A stretch of DNA of 64,000 nt from an uncultured Candidatus Saccharibacteria bacterium (GCA_964434255.1 CAYSUL010000001.1:27720-91719), one strand, 5' to 3'; counted from the first letter of the stretch, positions 51,425 to 61,480 are shown. Notes: generated by a model from the letters alone, not told the origin. A program made the numbers and translations.

Positions 51425-51970
51425 CTAAGCGACCTCAAACACGGGCCAGTTGTGCCCGCTTATCCCGTATCCCGCCCACGAGCACTCGAGCGTACGCCGG
51501 ATCCCGTTATATGCGATACGGAAATTGCGACGTTCGCTCTCATGGTCGTATACGATCGGGACGAAGAGGCTGAATCCGGATTCGCTATGGAGCTTGAACC
51601 GGTCTATGGGAAGATTAGGATGCGCTGCCGAGATGCCGAGGCATGTGTGAACGCACGCAGGCACCAATCCCTCCTTCTGGCCCCATGCGAGAGGATCATC
51701 GAGATACGTGTGGCTGCCGAGTCCATAGTTGAGCAAGACAAGCGGTCGTCCTGCCTTCCTATCCTGGCAGCACGCCCCGGCTCCCTCCCACGTGCGGGAA
51801 CGGCACGAGGCTTCGGTGCTAGGCGCTCCAAGCGAGACGAGCTCGTCGAAAGCATCCCATTCGGGCATTTCCGGGCACAGCATCACGAGGATGCGGCCGG
51901 AAGCTGGTGCAGTTACCTGGCTTTTCGCTCTGCGGAGCAGTTGCTCAGGCGTTAGCGGAACGTCCGTCAT
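51425..51970 (-). CDS. Hypothetical protein (orphan, Cys-rich)
   Basis: AGGAG SD, hairpin downstream. Confidence 0.55.
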   Translation of the reverse strand: MTDVPLTPEQLLRRAKSQVTAPASGRILVMLCPEMPEWDAFDELVSLGAPSTEASCRSRTWEGAGACCQDRKAGRPLVLLNYGLGSHTYLDDPLAWGQKEGLVPACVHTCLGISAAHPNLPIDRFKLHSESGFSLFVPIVYDHESERRNFRIAYNGIRRTLECSWAGYGISGHNWPVFEVA

Positions 51971-52161
51971 TACATGCTCCTACATGAGGGTGAACGTGTC
52001 GAAGAGCGCAGCTCTATGCCATAGAACTCCTCCTTCTGGCCGGATGTTACCACCCTCACCTAAAAACAACGAGACACCGCTATGGCGGTGTCTGTTCGTA
52101 TCTACTTATGCAAGTCTATGTCAGCTGTAGTTTCGCCCGCGTGCGGGCCCGCACCAATTCC

Positions 52162-52314
52162 CTAGGCGATAGGGTTCCGTCCCTGGATGAGGCGGACGAG
52201 AACCATGATGACCGCGACGACGAGAAGCAGGTGGATGAATCCGCCAAGCGTGTAGCTCGTCACGAGACCGAGAAGCCAGAGCACGAGAAGTATCACTGCG
52301 ATGGTATAGAACAT
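52162..52314 (-). CDS. lmo0937-family small membrane protein
   Basis: MFYTIAVILLVLWLLGLVTSYTLGGFIHLLLVVAVI... (hand-translated). Confidence 0.85.
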   Translation of the reverse strand: MFYTIAVILLVLWLLGLVTSYTLGGFIHLLLVVAVIMVLVRLIQGRNPIA

Positions 52315-52409
52315 GGAATTTCGTTAGTGACTGGTAATCCTCATACCGTATGAAAAACAACCTAGAGAAATGATGAAGGGCGCTTCCCGGAGGAAACGCC
52401 CCTATCGAC

Positions 52410-52778
52410 CTACTGGCCGACTGCGACTGTATCGGCGAAAAGAAGACCATGGATGACCGGATGACTCATCGGATCCGCCCGGGTCTCGGCGACCAGCTTG
52501 GGACCGTAGGCTTTCCTAACTCGAGCGCGTTGCTCGACCGTGAGAGTAACGGGCCAGGTCGGGATCGATACGCCACGCCCATCGGGCGCGAGCAGATTCT
52601 GGACGAAGAGCCGGCTCATCATATTGGCACTGCTGGCGCGGATAGGGGGCGACGGCTTCCCGTCCGCGCACGTGAAGTACATAGACTTGACCCTCACCTG
52701 CTGTTCTTTGAGCGGCGGCTGCATGCGCCACTGATGCATGATGGCCTCGATGCAGTTCTCGAACGACTGCGTTCCCAT
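52410..52778 (-). CDS. Hypothetical protein (orphan)
   Basis: AAGGGA SD-like site, GGGCG hairpin downstream. Confidence 0.5.
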   Translation of the reverse strand: MGTQSFENCIEAIMHQWRMQPPLKEQQVRVKSMYFTCADGKPSPPIRASSANMMSRLFVQNLLAPDGRGVSIPTWPVTLTVEQRARVRKAYGPKLVAETRADPMSHPVIHGLLFADTVAVGQ

Positions 52779-52885
52779 GACTGTATTCCCTTCTGTGCCC
52801 GTACGTGGCTGTGAAATCTGGACGTACCCTACCAGAAACCGCTACCCGCCACAATGAGAAAGGCCGGGAGGTCCCGGCCTTTGCT

Positions 52886-54670
52886 CTAGCGGCGATTCTT
52901 CGAACGATCGCTCTCGGTGAGCCCCTGCTTACGCAGACGCACCGAAAGTGGCGTTATCTCGAGATACTCGTCATCCGTCATGACCTCAAGACCGCGCTCG
53001 ATGCTGAGAGTGAACGCGGGGACCAGGTTGATGGCTTCATCCATACCGGACGAACGGACGTTGCTCTGGTTCTTTCCCTTGGTAGGGTTCACGACCATCT
53101 CTTCTCCCTTCGAAGTGTTGCCCACCACCATACCTTCATAGACTTCGGTAGCCGGGGTGATATAGAGGACGCCGCGCTCCTGCATGCCCCAAAGCGCATA
53201 GCCGAGCGCCTTGCCGGTTGCCATGGAAATCATGGAGCCCACCTGGCGCTTCTTTATCTCGCCTGCGTACGGCTTGAAGCCGAGCACGCGCGTTGAAAGT
53301 ATTCCCTCGCCCTTGGTGTCGACGACGAACTGGTTGCGATACCCAAGAAGGCCGCGGGTAGGACCTTCGAGTGTGAGGCGCACCGTGTCGCCGTGCTGCA
53401 CAAGGTTCATGAGCACGAATGCGCGAGTACCGAGGCGCTCGATGATGGAGCCCTGGAACTCGGTCGGAGTATCGATAGTGACTTCCTCGTATGGCTCGAG
53501 CTTCTGGCCCTCTTCCTCGCGGATGATTACCTGCGGCTGGGAGACCTGCATCTCGTATCCTGCGCGGCGCATGTTCTCGAGGAGGATGGCGATGTGGAGC
53601 TCGCCGCGGCCCGAGACCTTGAAGGCGTCAGGGGACACGAAGTCCACCTTGAGTCCCACGTTCACTTCGAGCTCGCGCTCGAGGTATTCGCGAAGCTGGC
53701 GGCTCGTCACGTACTTCCCTTCGCGGCCCGCGAACGGTGAATTATTCACGAGGAAGTTCACGGTGATGGTCGGCTCATCAATAGCGATTGCTGGCATCGG
53801 CTCCATAGCAGGGTCGGTAGTGATGGTCTCTCCGATGAATACGTCAGGAAGACCTGCGACGATCACGATGTCGCCTGCGGACGCTTCCGTAGCTTCAACG
53901 CGCTCAAGACCCTTGAAGGTGAATATCTTCGTCGTCTTTCCGTTACGCGCAGTGCCGTCAGGCTTCTTCACGATGACGTTCTGTCCCGGAGTGATGGTTC
54001 CTTCGTACACGCGGCAGATGGCGAGGCGGCCGAGGAAGTTATCGTACGCGAGATTGAATGACTGGAGCTTGAGGGGCTTGGCCTCGTCTCCTGCTGCTGA
54101 AGCTGCAGGCACGTTCTCAAGAACGGTATCGAGAAGCGGCTCGAGGTTCACGCGCTCGTCGTCGAGCTTCTTCATAGCAACGCCCTCGCGACCGATGGCA
54201 TATACCACTTTGAAGTCGGACTGCTCATCGCTTGCTCCGAGCTCGAGGAAGAGTTCGAGCACCTGCTCTTCAGCACGATCGGGATCTGCTGCTGGCTTGT
54301 CTATCTTATTCAGAACGACGATAGGCTTGAGCCCGAGCTCGAGTGACTTCTTGAGTACGAAACGGGTCTGCGGCATGGGGCCTTCCTGCGCGTCGACGAT
54401 GAGGAGCACGGAGTCGATGGAACGGAGCACACGCTCAACTTCCGAACCGAAGTCGGAGTGGCCTGGGGTGTCGACGATGTTTATCTTCGTTCCCTTGTAC
54501 TCCACCGAGGCGTTCTTGGAGTAGATGGTGATGCCGCGCTCGTGCTCGAGTGCGTTACTGTCCATGGACACGCCAGCAGCTGCCGCGCCGGTTTCCTTGA
54601 GGATGGCGTCGGTCAGCGTGGTCTTTCCGTGGTCCACGTGGGCGATGATGGCGATATTCCGGGTTTCCAT
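52886..54670 (-). CDS. typA: Translational GTPase TypA/BipA
   Basis: RNIAIIAHVDHGKTTL, VSGRGELH, LEITP.SVRLRK. Confidence 0.96.
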   Translation of the reverse strand: METRNIAIIAHVDHGKTTLTDAILKETGAAAAGVSMDSNALEHERGITIYSKNASVEYKGTKINIVDTPGHSDFGSEVERVLRSIDSVLLIVDAQEGPMPQTRFVLKKSLELGLKPIVVLNKIDKPAADPDRAEEQVLELFLELGASDEQSDFKVVYAIGREGVAMKKLDDERVNLEPLLDTVLENVPAASAAGDEAKPLKLQSFNLAYDNFLGRLAICRVYEGTITPGQNVIVKKPDGTARNGKTTKIFTFKGLERVEATEASAGDIVIVAGLPDVFIGETITTDPAMEPMPAIAIDEPTITVNFLVNNSPFAGREGKYVTSRQLREYLERELEVNVGLKVDFVSPDAFKVSGRGELHIAILLENMRRAGYEMQVSQPQVIIREEEGQKLEPYEEVTIDTPTEFQGSIIERLGTRAFVLMNLVQHGDTVRLTLEGPTRGLLGYRNQFVVDTKGEGILSTRVLGFKPYAGEIKKRQVGSMISMATGKALGYALWGMQERGVLYITPATEVYEGMVVGNTSKGEEMVVNPTKGKNQSNVRSSGMDEAINLVPAFTLSIERGLEVMTDDEYLEITPLSVRLRKQGLTESDRSKNRR

Positions 54671-54779
54671 ATGACGAATCTGGCTTGCGAATAAAATAAA
54701 AAGGCCCCACGGGCAATTGAAAATAGAATACCTTTATATAGATGAAGCGTCAATCATCCTCAGGCGACGAATCCCTGCT

Positions 54780-54839
54780 GCTGAGAGTCCGGGACGATGT
54801 TGGAACTCTTATGCAATGCATGGTAGGTTCTGTCTAGAC
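54780..54839 (+). repeat. Recurrent att-like motif copy D with extension shared with copy A
   Basis: GCTGAGAGTCCGGGACGATGTTGGAACTCTTATGCAAT...TAGGTTCTGTCTAGAC. Confidence 0.88.
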
Positions 54840-54857
54840 ACATTCAGGAGAACGTTA

Positions 54858-55151
54858 ATGCCCTCAGGAAACCGAAAGCAGTGGTTGCTCGGGAGTGCTA
54901 CTCCCACATTCCCTGCACGCTTCTGCTCCACCTCTGAAGGAAGGCGGATGTTCCCGGACATTCTCCAAGATGCCTTCGGGCTCAAGAGCATCACAGGCTT
55001 TCATCGCTACGGACGAACGCTCGGTGCGATTATCCCCATCGAGGCCGTTCGGCTTCTCGCCGGCTATCCGGATGCGGTGGACGACGATACGAAGGTCCGC
55101 ATTCGGAACGCAGCCCTGAACCTCCTCGAGGGACAAGGTGATCTACGTTGA
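54858..55151 (+). CDS. Hypothetical protein (orphan)
   Basis: AGGAG SD; CTCCGCG/CGCGGAG hairpin downstream. Confidence 0.6.
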   Translation: MPSGNRKQWLLGSATPTFPARFCSTSEGRRMFPDILQDAFGLKSITGFHRYGRTLGAIIPIEAVRLLAGYPDAVDDDTKVRIRNAALNLLEGQGDLR

Positions 55152-55193
55152 TGGAAGAACCTCACACTCCGCGCCCTGAAAGCGCGGAGTTCT

Positions 55194-55222
55194 TGCTGAG
55201 GGTCTGGGACGATGTTGGAACT
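55194..55222 (+). repeat. Recurrent att-like motif copy E
   Basis: TGCTGAGGGTCTGGGACGATGTTGGAACT. Confidence 0.88.
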
Positions 55223-55223
55223 C

Positions 55224-55706
55224 TTACACTCCGATTTGAGGAACCGCGCCCGCCATATACAGAAACATATAAATCAGGAGGACAATGAAAAAACCGATGG
55301 CAAGAAGTTTTCTATTCATTTCTTTACTTTGTACAAACCAGATATGCTTCCAAAATTTATCGTTAGCCCTTTTTGAGAGAAGAACTATCAATCCAAGCAC
55401 AATGGACAGAAACGCAACTACCGGAAGTATGGCTACCAATGCAAGACCCAAAAAACTCAGTGGAGGATAGTTACTTACAATCAGACCTGCACTCAAGAAC
55501 ATTACTCCAAGCAGAAGAGACCGTGCAGGATTTAGATAGCGATAATACCAATAATCTTTCCCGAAACTATCGTCACCTGATTCTCCCTCTTTAGCCGTTA
55601 AATCTGATGTCCACTCCTTATAGAATTTTCTTGAGAAAAACATTGCAAAGCCATAATAGATAGCAGCCACGCCAGTTGCAATTAAGAAGAGTGGAAACCA
55701 GGTCAT
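55224..55706 (-). CDS. AT-rich four-TM membrane protein (foreign)
   Basis: Markedly lower GC than flanks; hydrophobic helices. Confidence 0.7.
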   Translation of the reverse strand: MTWFPLFLIATGVAAIYYGFAMFFSRKFYKEWTSDLTAKEGESGDDSFGKDYWYYRYLNPARSLLLGVMFLSAGLIVSNYPPLSFLGLALVAILPVVAFLSIVLGLIVLLSKRANDKFWKHIWFVQSKEMNRKLLAIGFFIVLLIYMFLYMAGAVPQIGV

Positions 55707-55740
55707 ATAAGAAGTATATCGCCTGCAGGATGAGTCCGTC

Positions 55741-55764
55741 CTGGGAGACTAGGTATCGAACCTA
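55741..55764 (-). repeat. tRNA-Gln-like 3' fragment T3
   Basis: Minus strand TAGGTTCGATACCTAGTCTCCCAG; its TAG is the mltG stop. Confidence 0.72.
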
Positions 55765-56763
55765 CCGCAAATACGTATCAACGTTCCTCAACTGCCCCGC
55801 ATAGCTCTCGGAGCAGTGTATTACCCCATCCATATCATGGAGGTAGTAGAGGCAGTCAGTATTCTCCGGCTCAAGTACGGCTTTGATGGAAGCGAGGCTC
55901 GGATTAGCAATAGGGTGCGGCGGGAGCCCCGCGTATTTATACGTATTGAATGGAGAGTCGATGTATTTATCATCCTTGGTAGGTGCCGGCCACCAATTCC
56001 CCTTCTTCCCGCGGATGTACTGGAAGGTAGCGTCCACCTGGAGACGCATGCCGGTATCGAGACGATTCCACATAATTCCTGCAACGAGCGCCTTGTCGTT
56101 CTTCGCTGACTCGCGCTCGACGAGCGACGCCATGGTGATGAGCTCGTTCCAGGAGAGGTCCATGTCGGCAGCTTGCTCGGCATACGGTGCGAATACTTCC
56201 TCGAACCGGCCACGCAACCGCTGCGCCACCTGTTCCGGCGATTGGTCCGACGCGATGAGATAGGTGTCGCCGAAGTAAACGCCCTCGATGAGGGTGGCGT
56301 CAGGCGCCGTATCGACCGTCACCCATTTCTCCACCTGCTCATCGGTCCATCCGAGCTTCTTCTGCAAGAGTTCCGCTATCTGCTCCTTACGGAGACCGGG
56401 AGGAATGGTTACCCACGCAAGGTATGGAGGACGCGCGAACGCTTCTGCGAGAGTCCACGCGTCCTGGCTCCGGCTTATCTTGTACCCTCCTTCCACGATG
56501 TCCTCGTGGCCCGTTATCGCATATGCCATACGGAACGCGAGCTCGCTCTTTATGAAATTCAATTCCTTGAGGCCGCTCGCCACTTCCGCGATAGGAGTGT
56601 CCGGATTAACGATGAATTCCTCGGGCTCCGCGTACTGCGCAACCGGCCCGAACATGTTGGAGTAGATAAGGAGGAATACAACGATGAAGGCAACTGCACC
56701 TATGCCCCAGAGGATGAGCGCGCGACGCATATCCCGCTTGGGTCGATAGAACGGAAACTGCAT
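55762..56763 (-). CDS. mltG: Endolytic transglycosylase MltG
   Basis: ASLVERE, NRL...M.LQ.DAT, SP.NTY...GLPP.PI.NP. Confidence 0.92.
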   Translation of the reverse strand: MQFPFYRPKRDMRRALILWGIGAVAFIVVFLLIYSNMFGPVAQYAEPEEFIVNPDTPIAEVASGLKELNFIKSELAFRMAYAITGHEDIVEGGYKISRSQDAWTLAEAFARPPYLAWVTIPPGLRKEQIAELLQKKLGWTDEQVEKWVTVDTAPDATLIEGVYFGDTYLIASDQSPEQVAQRLRGRFEEVFAPYAEQAADMDLSWNELITMASLVERESAKNDKALVAGIMWNRLDTGMRLQVDATFQYIRGKKGNWWPAPTKDDKYIDSPFNTYKYAGLPPHPIANPSLASIKAVLEPENTDCLYYLHDMDGVIHCSESYAGQLRNVDTYLR

Positions 56764-56780
56764 ATTCTACCCATTGTACC

Positions 56781-58451
56781 TTATCCCTTTTCTCCGTAGA
56801 GAACGCGGGCCAATTTCAGGTCATCGTACGTATATTTCCCTTTGAGTTTCGTGTATATCGGCGCCAGCTTCTCGCTCCCCACCGCTTTCATCGCGACGAA
56901 TATCTTCGGGAGCCCGTCGATTATGGCTTCAGGCAGCAAATCCTGTACCTCATCCGTGGTTATGCGTCCCGCTTCCTTCAGCTTCTGCAGGTGGTCTGCA
57001 ATGGTGCCGAGCGTGAGCCCGCGGAGCGCGTTGATGTCATTGATGGTCTTCCCTTCCTTGAGGAGGTCGTACGTCTCGTCATACGTGCTGCGCTTCACTT
57101 TCGCGATGGACGCGTCACGCACTTCAAGAGAGCCGCCTGACGCTTTTATGAAATTCTGTTCCATCGTCGTACGCTCCTCGCTTTCTTCAAGGAGACCGAA
57201 CGCAACGGCAGCTTGTTCGGATAGTTCGCGGAAGAGCTTGTCCTTAGCAGCCACTCCCGGGTGCACATTGAGCGCGTTCTCGTTCCATCCGAGAAGGGAG
57301 AGCCCAGCGAGCGTACGCACGCGCGAGAGCGCGACATATCCCTGTCCGTATTCGAATGAGCGTGAAAGATCCATCGCCGCAGCGTCCATGCTCATTCCCT
57401 GGCTCTTATGCACCGTGATGGCCCACGCAAGACGGAGCGGCACCTGCATTATCTTGGCGCGCGCCTTGCCGCCTTCCTCTACCGCCCACTCCGCGGGCGC
57501 TATCGTTATCACCCTCCCGTCGCGGGTCTCTATCATCGGGTAGCTGGTGCCGCGCTCGAAGCCCGTGATTATACCGAGCGTCCCGTTCGCATATCCCGCT
57601 ATAGGATTGTTCTTCGTCGCCATAACGACCGCGCCTTCCTTGAGCACTAAAGTCTCGGGCGAGAGGCAGCCACGCTTAAGGCCTTCGATGAGCATGGGAG
57701 CTCCTTGCCCCGTCATGGTGAAGCGCTTCCCATTCCCTGGAAGCGCCGCGAGCTTCCCTTCGTTTATCCGGTCCACGTCCGCGTTGTGCGTATACAGCTG
57801 GGGAATGTCCTCGTCGAGCCCTTCGCCATCGGTCTCGCGCGCCGTGATGAGCGAGACGTGCGTATGGTCCCAGGAGCTCGTGCGTATGGCGCCGAGGAGA
57901 TCGAGGAATGCACCATCTTCCTGACGATGCTGCTCGTGCAGGTAGCAGATGATGGGGTTGAGCGCGGGCCACGCGGGACTCTCGAACGCGAACGCTGAGG
58001 GTCGTCCCACCTTCCCGATTGGAGGGAGCTGGAAGAAGTCACCCACGAGAACCACTTGCATGCCGCCGAACGGTTCTTCGCGCCTTCGGACTTCTTTAGC
58101 GACCGCGTCCACCATCGTGAGCACGTCGCCCGAGAGCATGGAGACCTCATCGATGATGAGCACGTCGGTGCGCTGTATGCGCTTCACCACGTGCTCTTTC
58201 TGCGAGACGCGCTCGAGAAGGTCCGCGGTGAGGCGCTCCGCGATACCGATGCCGCTCCAGGAGTGGATGGTCACGCCATGAATGTGGGTCGCAGCGATGC
58301 CGGTCGATGCCGTTATGGATGGCTCGATGGCGTGCGAGCGCAGCCACTTCACATACTCATTGATGGTATGCGTCTTGCCGCTTCCGGGCTCCCCCGTAAG
58401 GAATACGTTCGCTCCGGTCTTGAGTACTTGCAGCGCTTCGCCTTGAGTCAT
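56781..58451 (-). CDS. PIF1-family helicase with C-terminal HTH
   Basis: TGEPGSGKT, IDEVSM, GDFFQLPP, PLRLAWAITVHKSQG, YVALSR. Confidence 0.9.
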   Translation of the reverse strand: MTQGEALQVLKTGANVFLTGEPGSGKTHTINEYVKWLRSHAIEPSITASTGIAATHIHGVTIHSWSGIGIAERLTADLLERVSQKEHVVKRIQRTDVLIIDEVSMLSGDVLTMVDAVAKEVRRREEPFGGMQVVLVGDFFQLPPIGKVGRPSAFAFESPAWPALNPIICYLHEQHRQEDGAFLDLLGAIRTSSWDHTHVSLITARETDGEGLDEDIPQLYTHNADVDRINEGKLAALPGNGKRFTMTGQGAPMLIEGLKRGCLSPETLVLKEGAVVMATKNNPIAGYANGTLGIITGFERGTSYPMIETRDGRVITIAPAEWAVEEGGKARAKIMQVPLRLAWAITVHKSQGMSMDAAAMDLSRSFEYGQGYVALSRVRTLAGLSLLGWNENALNVHPGVAAKDKLFRELSEQAAVAFGLLEESEERTTMEQNFIKASGGSLEVRDASIAKVKRSTYDETYDLLKEGKTINDINALRGLTLGTIADHLQKLKEAGRITTDEVQDLLPEAIIDGLPKIFVAMKAVGSEKLAPIYTKLKGKYTYDDLKLARVLYGEKG

Positions 58452-58514
58452 CCACCGATACTACCAGACCCCGCGCTCGAGGGCCTGGAGTGAAGATAAA
58501 ATAAATATGAAACG

Positions 58515-58665
58515 CCTCGCCCGTGATGAGCGCTACCTTCCCGAAGAGCTTTCCGCTCCCCTCGTAGCATTCCCTCTTATCCTCGGGCGCAGGCCGCATG
58601 GACGTTGTCCTTGCTTCTGCGGTGGAATCTTCGACTTGCGTTCGAAATTACGATTCCGCATCCAC
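58515..58665 (-). pseudogene. 5' remnant of an SDR oxidoreductase (YhdF/YghA-like)
   Basis: PPQKQ...(frameshift)...MRPAP....YEGSGKL.GKVALITG, then abrupt loss of similarity. Confidence 0.6.
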
Positions 58666-58696
58666 CCATACTCCCCTATGCATGGTGAAGTGCGAG

Positions 58697-61369
58697 TTAA
58701 CGACCCATGCGCGCGAACAGCTTGCGTATCTCTTCTACGACTACGATAGGAAGCGCTGCCATGAGGATGAGTTTCCACTCATCGAGCGAGAGCGGCACGG
58801 TGTGGAGCACTCCCTGGAGGAACGGGGTGTATACCGCGAATATCTGGAGTATGACGACTACCGTCGTTGCACCGATGAGGTATGGGTTGCTAAACGGATT
58901 CATAGCAAATATCGAACGCGTCTCCGAGCGGCAGTTCCAGGCGTTGTACCACTGGAGCACTGCGAGCACTGAAAGCGAGATGGTGAGCGCCTTCGGGAGG
59001 CCTTCGGAGAGATGCATGCCGAAGAGCACGAGCGTGACGACCGCCATCGTCGTCGCCATGAGCGCCATACGCAGGAACATCGACTTATCGATGAGGTATT
59101 TGCCGGGCATGGTGAACTTGCGGGCCATAAGGTTCTTCTCCTTGGGCTCCATAGCAAGCGCTACATCGAGGAAGCCATCGGTCACGAAGTTGAGCCAGAT
59201 GATCTGCGCGGGGAGCACAGGGAGCGGATAGCTGACGACGAGCGCTCCGGTGATGGCGAGCGTCTCGCCGGCCGAGGTGGAGAAGAGATAGAGCGCGACG
59301 CGGCGAATGCTCTGGTATATGCCGCGGCCCTCCTCGACCGCAGCCACAATGCTGCCGAAGTCGTCATCGAGAAGAACGATGTCAGCTGCTTCCTTCGCGA
59401 CCTCCGTTCCTATCTTCCCCATAGCGACACCGAGATCGGCAGCGACCAAAGAAGGCGCATCGTTAATCCCGTCGCCCGTCATCGCGATGGTGAGACCCTT
59501 CGCTCTATACGCCCTGATGATGCGGAGCTTGTGCTCGGGCGTGACGCGCGCGAACACGGTCACCGAGGTAAGCGTATCGATGAGCGTCGCCTCGTCCATA
59601 TCATCCATCTCCGTTCCTGTGAGCACGCCATCCCCTTCGTTCCATATGCCGGCTTCCTTGGCTACCGCGCGCGCGGTCGCGACGTGATCCCCCGTTATCA
59701 TCACCACCTTGATACCCGCATCGTGGGCTGCGAGAAGCGCACTACGCACCTCAGGCTTCAGGCCATCGCGTATCCCGAAGAAGCCGAGGAACGTGAGCTT
59801 GTCCACATGCTCGGGAGAGAGCGCTTCGTGCACGCCATTTCTCTCCGCGTATGCAAGCACGCGGAATCCGTCTTCCGAGAGACGGAGCATCAGTGCTTCG
59901 AGCTCTCCGCGCTTCTCCGCAGTCATTACGTGTTCGCTCCCGTTCGCCCGCACCATGCTTGAACGAGAAAGGATGTGCTCGGGCGCGCCCGTCACCGAAA
60001 GAGCGCCGCCACGAGCGCCTGCGTGGACCGCTGCGTGGAAGCGGAGCTCCGAGGTGAACGGAAGCTCGAACAAGGGCGGTGACTCCCGCTCAAGATCCTC
60101 CTTCTGGAACCCGAGCTTACGAGCGAGCACGATGAGCGCCGCTTCCGTCGGGTCGCCCGCGACTCTCCAGAGCTTGCGCTCTTCGTCGTACACGACGCGC
60201 GCGGTCGAGGTGTATGCGGCTATCTTCCCTGCAGAGAGGAGCTCGGGATGGTTCGCAGCGACTATCGAAGCGTTGTCGAGAAGCACGTCACCGGTTGGGG
60301 CATATCCCGCGCCCGTGACGTCGAAGAGCTTCCCTTCCGCATATACCTTCTGGACTATCATCTCGTTCTTCGTGATCGTCCCCGTCTTATCCACCGCAAT
60401 GACCGCCGCCTGTCCGAGTGCTTCGACGGCCTGGAGATTCTTCACGAGCGCATTGCGCTTGCTCATGCGCCAGACTCCGGACGCGAGCACTAAAGTCATG
60501 ACGATAGGAAGGCCCTCGGGAATGATGGAGACCGCAAGCGTGACGACCGTCGCGAACATCTCGTCCAGCGGGTGCCCCTGCAGGTACCCGAGCACGAACA
60601 GGAATGCACTGATGAGGAGAACGACGACGATTATCGCCCTGGAGAGGCGACGGATACTCGCCTGGAGCGGTATCTCGGTCGAAGCACCCGACAGTTCCTT
60701 CGCGATAGAGCCGAGGATGGTGCTCGTCCCGGTCGCGACCACGAGCGCCTGTCCGGTGCCTGCAGCGATGTTCGTTCCCTTGAACGCCATGTTGAGCTGG
60801 TCGCCAAGCGTGAGCTCGGTGTCGGCAAGCGCATGGACGTCCTTCTCGACCGGAACGGACTCACCGGTGAGCGCGGACTCGTCTATGCGTAGGCCACGCG
60901 CGGAGAGGATGCGGGCATCCGCTGCGACCTTGCCGCCCTCCGAGAATATGAGGATGTCGCCCGGCACCACTTCGCGGTCAGGGATCAAGAGTTCGCGACC
61001 GTCGCGCAACACCGTCGCTTCGGTGGTGGCGTACGACTTAAGGGCACGCAGCGTATTCTGCGCCTTCCCTTCCTGGATAGTCCCGACGATGGCGTTGAAG
61101 AAAAGTATCGCGAGGATGATGTACGCATCGACCGGGTCTTCGGTGAAATACACGATTGCCGCGGCACCCAGGAGTATATAGATGAGCGGACTTGCGAACT
61201 GGCGGAGGAAGATGATGAGGATGCTGTCCGGCCTGGCTTCTGGGAGCGCGTTCGCGCCATGGGTCGCAAGACGCTCCTTCGCAACAGCTGTCGCAAGACC
61301 ATGCTCGCTCGCTTCGAGCTGTTCTTCGACCTGTTCCTTGGGGAGCGCGTACCAGCGCATTGACTGCAT
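58697..61369 (-). CDS. P-type cation-transporting ATPase (type IIA-like)
   Basis: TGES, IPEGLP, DKTGT, MITGD, TGDGINDAP. Confidence 0.95.
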   Translation of the reverse strand: MQSMRWYALPKEQVEEQLEASEHGLATAVAKERLATHGANALPEARPDSILIIFLRQFASPLIYILLGAAAIVYFTEDPVDAYIILAILFFNAIVGTIQEGKAQNTLRALKSYATTEATVLRDGRELLIPDREVVPGDILIFSEGGKVAADARILSARGLRIDESALTGESVPVEKDVHALADTELTLGDQLNMAFKGTNIAAGTGQALVVATGTSTILGSIAKELSGASTEIPLQASIRRLSRAIIVVVLLISAFLFVLGYLQGHPLDEMFATVVTLAVSIIPEGLPIVMTLVLASGVWRMSKRNALVKNLQAVEALGQAAVIAVDKTGTITKNEMIVQKVYAEGKLFDVTGAGYAPTGDVLLDNASIVAANHPELLSAGKIAAYTSTARVVYDEERKLWRVAGDPTEAALIVLARKLGFQKEDLERESPPLFELPFTSELRFHAAVHAGARGGALSVTGAPEHILSRSSMVRANGSEHVMTAEKRGELEALMLRLSEDGFRVLAYAERNGVHEALSPEHVDKLTFLGFFGIRDGLKPEVRSALLAAHDAGIKVVMITGDHVATARAVAKEAGIWNEGDGVLTGTEMDDMDEATLIDTLTSVTVFARVTPEHKLRIIRAYRAKGLTIAMTGDGINDAPSLVAADLGVAMGKIGTEVAKEAADIVLLDDDFGSIVAAVEEGRGIYQSIRRVALYLFSTSAGETLAITGALVVSYPLPVLPAQIIWLNFVTDGFLDVALAMEPKEKNLMARKFTMPGKYLIDKSMFLRMALMATTMAVVTLVLFGMHLSEGLPKALTISLSVLAVLQWYNAWNCRSETRSIFAMNPFSNPYLIGATTVVVILQIFAVYTPFLQGVLHTVPLSLDEWKLILMAALPIVVVEEIRKLFARMGR

Positions 61370-61480
61370 TCCCTCATTGTCGCCTATGCACTGAGGAAAA
61401 TCTACCGAAGCTCATTGAAAAACGGCGTGCGTGTGGTACATTTGACTTATATTCAAAAGTGATACACAATACGCAGGCAT

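Noticed and set aside
39257-55222. Recurrent motif as a CRISPR repeat
   Set aside because: Copies are hundreds to thousands of bases apart with no regular spacers and no cas genes.
39747-55764. T1-T3 as functional tRNA genes
   Set aside because: Only the T-arm and acceptor 3' strand are present; upstream sequence is protein-coding with no D or anticodon arm.
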